Origin: a virus
Lineage: Duplodnaviria; Caudoviricetes
Direction: 5' to 3' (one strand)
Length of the DNA: 51,429 nt
Virus record (IMG/VR): IMGVR_UViG_3300031772_000050
Location: 1-51,429 of that record
Of this stretch, positions 45,501-51,429 are shown piece by piece. Under the pieces are notes generated by a model, which made no database searches, was not told the origin of the DNA, and saw only the letters and a list, made by a program, of their open reading frames with translations. Position numbers and translations under genes: made by a program. How positions within the stretch are numbered: position 1 is the stretch's first letter; every line of letters begins with the position of its first letter.

Positions 45501-47245
45501 CCCGCAATCTTTTGTTTCTCAATCTTCCTTCCCGTCCTTAATTCTTTCGCCTCATCCAGCAAAGCATAGAGTTCTTGGTCGCCACCTTCCAATCCTAACT
45601 GTTGAGCCATCTTGTCGGGGGTAGAACCACCCTTACGCCTGATACGAAGATTAGTATGCCCTCTAAACTCTTCCATTTCCTTCCCACCCGCATATGGCGT
45701 TAAACCACCTTGTTCTATAATAAGGCGTTCTATATTCTCGGCATTGATAGTCGCCTTACTTAAACCAAGTTCTTCTGCTGACGGTCTACCCAATAAAGTC
45801 TCTTCCATCGGCAAAGGCTTCTCTACACCTATATCAAGAGGTTTTACTGGTGGGGCTTGTAGACTTTTCAACTTTATCGTTGCCTGCTTTACAAGTTTAC
45901 CGATAGCCCCTTTTTGTAGGGGGGTAGCCCCCTTATCCCAATCCCTCAACTCGGTTACTATGCGGTCTAAGGACTCTGCGTCAGCAACTCCTTGTATCTG
46001 CTTACGGTAATCTGCGGGCTTAAACTTCGGGAGGGCTTCTACCTTCTCTTCGGCAAAAGGATTATTACCAAACTGCTTTGTGTATGCCTCTATAAACTTA
46101 TCTGCCCACGACTCACCCTTCGTTATTTGACGTAAAACACTTTGAGGCGAACTACCTCCTTCGAGCATTATCTTGGCATTATCAAGAGCTTGCTTAGGAA
46201 CAGTGCCTTTGCTTACACGTGCAAATCCAGCTTCAGATGTAATAATATTCGCTAATCTTTTCTTCTGCGAGTCTACTATAAACGTTAACACTTTTCGAGA
46301 CTCTTGCAAAGTAAGCCCAGATTGCTGTAACTCACCAAGTATCCCCGACTTCTCCGCCATATCTATCGAAATAGAGGTAGGCGCACCTAATGTAAGACCT
46401 ACAAGTGCCGCCATACCAGACCCCTGAAAGATAGACCTTTTTTTATCTATACCACCAAGTTTAACTACTAAGTTTTCACCTGTTTGCTGACTCCACTCTT
46501 GTAATGCCTCTGTTCCACTTCGGATAAAGGTAGTCATTAAACGACCACCATATCGTTTAAGTAGAAAGTCTAATCCTATATATTCAAGAGCGCCTTCTAT
46601 AGCACCACCTAATGTAGATAACTCTCCCGCTCTTTGAGGGGTAAGACCTTTCTCTCGCCCTGTCTGGTAAAGTTGACCTTTCTGGTATAAGCCAAATAAA
46701 GCAGCAGCCGCATGAGGGGTTCTTGTTAATGCCGTTATACCAAGTGCTGCGGCCATGGTAGTAGCCCCGCTGCCAAGCGAATACATAAAGTCCTTAAATT
46801 GCCCTTTACCGCTTGGCCCGTAATCAGGAATGCGTTTTGCTATCCACTTCTTATTACGCTCAATAAGTCCTCGCCCCACATCGGCTAACTGCTCATCTCT
46901 ATCTGTTCTCTTAAACAAAGCTGATTTAGCCATCTTAACAAGGGGAAGCATAGGAAAAATCATATTGGAAGGAGTAGGTCCTAAATCAGGAAGTTCCTCT
47001 GCCCGCTCGCCAAGTTCCTGAATTAAAGAACCCATAACTTGTGGGCTTGAAAGGATTATATCACGTGCACCACGTACAGACTCACGTGCATACGGAGCTG
47101 CCTTTATCCCTTGCTTAACCGCAAAAGGAATAATTCTGGAAGCAGGAAAAGTTTGTTGGAAAGTTTGCTGAACGCCAGAAGCCAACTTGCCGGCAACGTT
47201 TCTCTTTGCAAGGATACGGTCTACCTTCTCCGAAAGGAGGGTCAT
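42584..47245 (-). CDS. Large internal virion / DNA ejection protein
   Basis: 1553 aa, helical, with a GTEALQEWSQQ motif. Last of the ejection cluster. Confidence 0.7.
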   Translation of the reverse strand: MTLLSEKVDRILAKRNVAGKLASGVQQTFQQTFPASRIIPFAVKQGIKAAPYARESVRGARDIILSSPQVMGSLIQELGERAEELPDLGPTPSNMIFPMLPLVKMAKSALFKRTDRDEQLADVGRGLIERNKKWIAKRIPDYGPSGKGQFKDFMYSLGSGATTMAAALGITALTRTPHAAAALFGLYQKGQLYQTGREKGLTPQRAGELSTLGGAIEGALEYIGLDFLLKRYGGRLMTTFIRSGTEALQEWSQQTGENLVVKLGGIDKKRSIFQGSGMAALVGLTLGAPTSISIDMAEKSGILGELQQSGLTLQESRKVLTFIVDSQKKRLANIITSEAGFARVSKGTVPKQALDNAKIMLEGGSSPQSVLRQITKGESWADKFIEAYTKQFGNNPFAEEKVEALPKFKPADYRKQIQGVADAESLDRIVTELRDWDKGATPLQKGAIGKLVKQATIKLKSLQAPPVKPLDIGVEKPLPMEETLLGRPSAEELGLSKATINAENIERLIIEQGGLTPYAGGKEMEEFRGHTNLRIRRKGGSTPDKMAQQLGLEGGDQELYALLDEAKELRTGRKIEKQKIAGLKQELKPPPTDEFQTFMRDKIKEYRAGKMEVQDDLQAKLQTPLTAPQRKAIQNFLDKTWAERGGKPPELEPVSDKTLEIEPFSDTDYRKFMKDSIKNYRETGKTGYLQGIQETLDTGRFTPSQRKRVQRWLDKIDRELRQKSVSKATGLTDKIQAREGGNAKEKYGASFVMDVSDEDLAMSMGKKFGEVASDLLQTAKEAIHSTELMHNYLRANPDSKPFTLAIENIMAKALAYRKTVDVTERLMDAAKNSKALAEIFVAADRDNSVDIDSILENALREGRITEKEFYAGKAYVTLHKFAYNRIVEEIMESRLGVRVRSKGKRYRVVYNTKKGVSEKWVTGPAKDNLKSKFPDMEVLEEKEQITIKRVDPETGQYVEESRYIDDYLTEVPEILSEENRQLIKELLPWGPGQYITHSRAQGKYWVTISGEVDPETGKQEMMYSARVPSLGYANRLKELSNQQFPERVVNIGLDAPLSMDFYMGNVLDVTYWLNQRGIDLKSEEAQKIINAYRGMSTLLSHINQDTGIPGYRVDWEGISKGMVDIAKSAVGRVRANDLKELKSKVPKVGTENITTLKESRQVRDKAFRTGILNDYLDLLLEDERGNVVLDTANALVYFAALANSPLFAIQNVTEVYWSWTMAFDRAKDKVGFLKPLEEEYRRLLLKAKEEGLIKSYMKEQIRGKADDLLEHADMIGKRTDAWSSRQTFKFGLALARDAGLHDDAAYEYAWHFLNEGKPFYKGAVPVFMRKRGWGIVRRSGLIFMKWVMDWINKFARGTLGQKLLWLLGASMMAGVPFGRRLVKKKMKKGLLDRFLIAGFPGILGVSAKFLAPVSLRGFESGISIRSLTMLADKAKRAKIMYDRYGPIGALTTLPLAGTQFFSKGMLFAAEGVKVKRGKAIKTIYKPHTLREKIMLSLGLTPFELGEAYERTYGKKTKPFKFGRKKLGAGRVRQGARPDYHAIVDKLIAERKGL

Positions 47246-47994
47246 AGTGCCTCTTCAAGTGCCGCCGCCGCTTCTTCGTAGTCCATACCACCTTCAGCCA
47301 TGAGGCGTTGTATGGCGTCATCATACTCACTACCTTGAGTACTCTGAGCAGACAGTACCTTTTCTTCGATACCTAACACATCTTCAGGCTTAAGGTCGAT
47401 ACCGTAACTCCGGGCAATGGGCGGCCAGAACTTCTTTAAGTAAGGTAGTTTCTCGCTCGCATCCATAGCATCCCAATCCCCACCCATAGAGATTTTTACC
47501 TGACGTTGTAGGTCAAGAATAGCCTTACCGATGTTAGGATTATTCTTTACGGAAGGTGGTAGCCATTTGAATATCTCTTCCATAATAGGAGCATTTTGTT
47601 CTATACCTTCACTACCTTCTTCAAACTGCCCGCCTATACGAGTTCCGCCGGGTCCCGCTACCGATAGACCAGGAGCCATGCCTGTTCTCGTAGTCTGTCC
47701 TGACGCTAAGTATGACGCTATGTCCCCTTGCGGAGTATAGCCCTTAGACAACATCTGACGGGATATTCCCGCACGGGCGCCTATAAGAGAACGTTCCTTT
47801 AATCCTTCTCTTGCCTTAGTGGCTTCACTTTCCTTTTCCCGACTCTTACTGTATTCATCTTCCAGTTTCCACTGGCGTTGCCTCATGGCATCCTGGAACA
47901 AAGCCTTGAGGTTAAGAAATGACGCCATACCTCCACCGACACCTGCGGCAAGGGTGGTAGCCTTACTTGGACCCAAACGAAGTTTTCGTGGCAT
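47242..47994 (-). CDS. Internal virion / ejection protein
   Basis: 250 aa, Gly-rich N-terminus, position in the cluster. Confidence 0.55.
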   Translation of the reverse strand: MPRKLRLGPSKATTLAAGVGGGMASFLNLKALFQDAMRQRQWKLEDEYSKSREKESEATKAREGLKERSLIGARAGISRQMLSKGYTPQGDIASYLASGQTTRTGMAPGLSVAGPGGTRIGGQFEEGSEGIEQNAPIMEEIFKWLPPSVKNNPNIGKAILDLQRQVKISMGGDWDAMDASEKLPYLKKFWPPIARSYGIDLKPEDVLGIEEKVLSAQSTQGSEYDDAIQRLMAEGGMDYEEAAAALEEAL

Positions 47995-47996
47995 GG

Positions 47997-49274
47997 TTAC
48001 CTCCCCCCCTGATATTTCGAATACAGTATATCACTCAACCCCGCATTCATAAGTTGAGACATAAGATTCTGGAACGCCTCATAGTCCTGACTCTCAAAGG
48101 CCATCGTCAACTCCTGGTCTTTACCCAACGCAGTTGCTAACTCCATAGCAAGTTTCTCGTCCCATTGACCCTGTTGCGCTCCCTGAAGTAAGGCGTTCTG
48201 CTTTATCTCGACTTGAGTCTTATATGCACTGGCTTCTATCTCTTGCCTTGACTGAGAAAGTTCCTTTGCCCTGTCCGCCTTTGCTCTTGCTATGGTCTGT
48301 TGATAATCCTTACTACCTACACCACCAGCCTGAGAAAACTGATGTTGTATAGACTTCTCGTAGTCGTCATAGGACTTATTTATTGCTCCCTCTACCCTGC
48401 CCCACCTTGCGTCCTTCTCGACAGGATAGAGTTCCCCTAAAGGTGTCTGTATCTGCTTCAAGTATTCCTCAGCCACGACTCCAGGAAGTTTCGCCCCCGC
48501 TTCACCAAGATATTTACTCATAATTGACTTCTTGGCCATCTCCATGCGTTCTGTGGAATCGTAATAAGTAAACTCTGGACGTTGAGCCGTCATACTACCT
48601 ATTGCCCCACCAGCTGCAAGCATAGGACCCACCCAATTCATGGTAGAACCTTCCCCTACGCCAGAAAAACCCATACCGCCAGACTTATTAGTAACCTGCT
48701 CTCCTCCGCCTCCTGCAACCCCACCCCAGAACTTAGACATGGCTGGATTAAAGCCATATCTTGACATACTTAAACCAGCACCTTGCATAAACGAACCGCC
48801 AGCACCGTAACCTTGTCCACCGGCTGCAAGAGCCGAACCTGTCGCTGTGCCTGAACCAACACCATATGTCGCACCAGCAGCAGTGCCTTTAGCCGCACCC
48901 ACATAACCAGCCTGCTGTGCAGCACTACCACTCCCAGCCCCAGCCCAACCACCCTGAATACCTGAACCCATCATTCCTTTGCCGTAACCAGTAGCCGCAC
49001 CCCATGCAACATCACCCCAACCTGCACCCTCTACCTCTGGTTGTCCTGCGGCTCTCAAGTCTCTATTACGCGCCTCAGCTGCCTGTTGTTTCTGAGAGTA
49101 ACCACGCCAACCTCCATATCCAGCAGCTAATGCGGGTCCGACAGGACCCATTACACCTAATCCCATAGGAACAGCCCAATCCGCTATCCAGTTACTACTC
49201 TTACCCCACACCGACTTAGGTCGGGTAAATAAGTTACCAATGGGGTGGAATACCGCCTTGCTAAACTTGGACAT
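47997..49274 (-). CDS. Gly/Ala-rich internal virion / ejection protein
   Basis: Long GA-rich segment and FSQAGGVGS motif. Confidence 0.65.
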   Translation of the reverse strand: MSKFSKAVFHPIGNLFTRPKSVWGKSSNWIADWAVPMGLGVMGPVGPALAAGYGGWRGYSQKQQAAEARNRDLRAAGQPEVEGAGWGDVAWGAATGYGKGMMGSGIQGGWAGAGSGSAAQQAGYVGAAKGTAAGATYGVGSGTATGSALAAGGQGYGAGGSFMQGAGLSMSRYGFNPAMSKFWGGVAGGGGEQVTNKSGGMGFSGVGEGSTMNWVGPMLAAGGAIGSMTAQRPEFTYYDSTERMEMAKKSIMSKYLGEAGAKLPGVVAEEYLKQIQTPLGELYPVEKDARWGRVEGAINKSYDDYEKSIQHQFSQAGGVGSKDYQQTIARAKADRAKELSQSRQEIEASAYKTQVEIKQNALLQGAQQGQWDEKLAMELATALGKDQELTMAFESQDYEAFQNLMSQLMNAGLSDILYSKYQGGR

Positions 49275-49662
49275 GGTCTAAAGCTCCTTTCATATTTGGG
49301 TAAACCTTAAGACTTCCATCCTTTCGATGAAAGCATATATACTTACAGTCATTCTTTTCCGCCTTCCTTGCCGTAGCAAGAAGCCGCCAAAAGTATTTCT
49401 TTTCCTTCGCGCATAACGTCGTAATGTAGATATAGTCCCCCCGACCTATCAGCGGCATGTCCTTCCAGGTAAAATCTCGCTTCTCGGGTAGATGAGTGCA
49501 TCTCATCCAATCTATGAAGCCCTTTAGTTCGCCGTCTTCCCATATGAACTCCAGATACCCATATCTTTGACAGTCCTTATAGTAACGCAGTAAGTCGACA
49601 TACGTCTCACCAAAGTCTATACCTGACGCACGCCTTAGTTCGATGATTTCGTCTAATATCAC
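49261..49662 (-). CDS. GNAT-like internal virion protein
   Basis: EDGELKGFIDW and GDYIYITTLC pattern, at the usual position before ejection genes. Confidence 0.45.
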   Translation of the reverse strand: MILDEIIELRRASGIDFGETYVDLLRYYKDCQRYGYLEFIWEDGELKGFIDWMRCTHLPEKRDFTWKDMPLIGRGDYIYITTLCAKEKKYFWRLLATARKAEKNDCKYICFHRKDGSLKVYPNMKGALDHVQV

Positions 49663-49665
49663 GCT

Positions 49666-49962
49666 TCATTTGACCTTATCTTCCAACTTTTTTACCCGTT
49701 CTTCCAATGTCGGCTGCTTAGGCGGTTCGTACCGCTCATAACTATCGGGTCGCCATTCGTTTATATCTATAACCTCAACTGTCCTTACCTGCATCGGTAT
49801 CTGGTCTACTCCATGCGTAGCCCACCTTAACGCCCAAGCATATTCGTTGCTACCGTCATCTTTGACGAATGGGTACTCTTTTGTGGTATTCTCTATCGTC
49901 TTTTCTTGTGTGTATTGCCAGCCTGCGAGTTTACCATCTATAAAACGAACGAGTATTTTCAT
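49666..49962 (-). CDS. Small protein after tail fibre (chaperone-like)
   Basis: C-terminal PPKQPTLEERVKKLE. Confidence 0.5.
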   Translation of the reverse strand: MKILVRFIDGKLAGWQYTQEKTIENTTKEYPFVKDDGSNEYAWALRWATHGVDQIPMQVRTVEVIDINEWRPDSYERYEPPKQPTLEERVKKLEDKVK

Positions 49963-50879
49963 CTGAGACCTCCAATATAATAACTTGATACAATCAAATC
50001 CGTATCACCACCTCCAACTATTTTGTATTCCAAAATCTGGGATGATAATGCTATTAACCCTATTGTCTGGATAAACTCATCAGTTATTATCCATCTTCTT
50101 GCTGTATCGGCAGAACCATTCGCACGAATATATAAATTAGAGCTCATTCCGCGAATATCAAAAAAAGTTAGATTACAAAAAGCAGGAACAAAAGAAGAAC
50201 AATTAACATCTGTCCATGTTGTCGCTGAACCTGTGTCCAATGCTTTTTGAGGTGTATCATAATAAATCCAATCGCCGTCTTGATAAAACTTCAGTATATT
50301 ACTACTTGCATCGTTCCTTACAGCACCGATACAGCGATACCAAGCACCACCTGATTGCCTATAAATTAACGTACCAGAGGTACTCGTTCCGCAGTTAGAA
50401 TACTGGGGGGCAAGATTCCACCACTTAATATCCCAAGAAGCACCAGTATCGTTATAGGCGTAGATATAAAACCAAGTACTTGCGGCATCGGCAGTACCCG
50501 CTACTTTGTTCGCATCTTCACTAACATCTATAGTTGTAGAATCTGCCGTGCGAGTATAGACAGAACCGTTTATCTCGACAACACCAGCAGTGGCATAAAT
50601 AGTTTCCGCAGCCACATACACCAATTCCGCACCAGAGATATAGTCCTTTAAGGCACTGCTAATCAACTTAGAATCTGTACCGTCATGGTCGTGTCCAGTA
50701 GTTGTATTGAAAGCAATCTTACTTTCTACAATGGCGGCACTATCACTAATGTTTGTATTCGTAATACCGCCATTAACGACTGTGGTAATATCGTTCTGGA
50801 TATTCTGAATATCGGCGCCACCAAGTATAGAACCATTATCCGCACTACTGTAACTTTTCGACCAAGTAATATTTGCCAT
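49959..50879 (-). CDS. Tail fibre/spike paralog 2 (306 aa)
   Basis: Start re-assigned to MANITW. GHDHDGTDS, ASTWFYIY, RCIGAVRNDASSNILKFYQ and WTDVNCSSFVP motifs. Confidence 0.75.
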   Translation of the reverse strand: MANITWSKSYSSADNGSILGGADIQNIQNDITTVVNGGITNTNISDSAAIVESKIAFNTTTGHDHDGTDSKLISSALKDYISGAELVYVAAETIYATAGVVEINGSVYTRTADSTTIDVSEDANKVAGTADAASTWFYIYAYNDTGASWDIKWWNLAPQYSNCGTSTSGTLIYRQSGGAWYRCIGAVRNDASSNILKFYQDGDWIYYDTPQKALDTGSATTWTDVNCSSFVPAFCNLTFFDIRGMSSNLYIRANGSADTARRWIITDEFIQTIGLIALSSQILEYKIVGGGDTDLIVSSYYIGGLR

Positions 50880-50880
50880 T

Positions 50881-51429
50881 TTACACCACTCTATCTGTCC
50901 ACGCAGTCCAATACACAGCAATAGAAGCAGTCGGGGCATAAATAGTAAACGAACCACCAGTACCTGCTGCCTGTTGCGTTATATCAGTAATATTACCAGC
51001 AGTTGCCTCTGCAAACAATTCATGTTCCAATGTTGCCACTGTGCCATGCCTAAAGGTTACTTCTCCCGTTGCACTACCACCTCCAAGATGGGGGTCAGCA
51101 GTCTTTTCTCCATATTCAAATGTCTCAAACATATCAAACTTATCTGTGGTATCTGGTGTTGTATCAGCAGGACTCCATACCTTCATATAACGTGGTGTCC
51201 ACCCAGTAGTAATTATCATATTAGCAGCGGGACTTACAGCAGTAAAAGAGCCACAAGCAAAGTTACTCAAATCAAAGTTATTGTACAAATCCACTTGAAG
51301 GTCGGAACTTGCGTCTGTATGAACTATCCCAAGTAGTCTGTACAATGTAGAACTGTATTTTTGGTAGCGCCATGGCACCTCTACCGCATTCTCACTTGAA
51401 TCTGACAAATCTGGCGCCTCTGTTGCCAA
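50881..51429 (-). CDS. Tail fibre/spike paralog 1, 3' part (joins 1..571)
   Basis: In frame across the circular junction. APDLS..WRY..YRLLG parallels APQYS..IYR..YRCIG of paralog 2. Confidence 0.8.
   Translation of the reverse strand: MATEAPDLSDSSENAVEVPWRYQKYSSTLYRLLGIVHTDASSDLQVDLYNNFDLSNFACGSFTAVSPAANMIITTGWTPRYMKVWSPADTTPDTTDKFDMFETFEYGEKTADPHLGGGSATGEVTFRHGTVATLEHELFAEATAGNITDITQQAAGTGGSFTIYAPTASIAVYWTAWTDRVV
51303..51429. repeat. Exact terminal direct repeat (copy 2)
   Basis: Identical to 1-127. Confidence 0.95.

Noticed and set aside
372-51336. Plus-strand ORFs in the track
   Set aside because: Almost all are antisense shadows of well-supported minus-strand genes, with no motifs or SD sites.

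Overview
The window is a complete, circularly assembled ~51.3-kb tailed dsDNA phage genome: bases 1-127 are repeated exactly at 51303-51429, giving a unit length of 51,302 bp. Essentially all credible genes are on the minus strand. The virion module looks podovirus-like (TerS, TerL, portal, scaffold, Mu-gpT-type major capsid, adaptor and nozzle, two paralogous tail fibres, three ejection-type proteins, no tape measure or sheath). Replication and recombination genes are lambdoid-like (O-type initiator with internal iterons, DnaB, Sak4-type AAA ATPase, PD-(D/E)XK nuclease, Hjc-type resolvase). Host-like genes include GroEL, GroES, SpoVG, HU/IHF, an FMN reductase and an internally deleted ComM/YifB. 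No integrase, polymerase or clear endolysin was recognised. Most interesting: (i) a non-coding cluster upstream of groEL with a 200-nt multi-hairpin element and a tRNA-like element carrying a long hairpin in place of the D arm; (ii) a second structured element that folds best antisense; (iii) strong Shine-Dalgarno sites pointing at ATC/ATT start codons, including on a tail-fibre gene; (iv) a likely catalytically dead ComM mimic; (v) an interleaved-repeat RNA switch in front of the replication initiator. All calls come from reading motifs by eye; no searches or folding programs were run.
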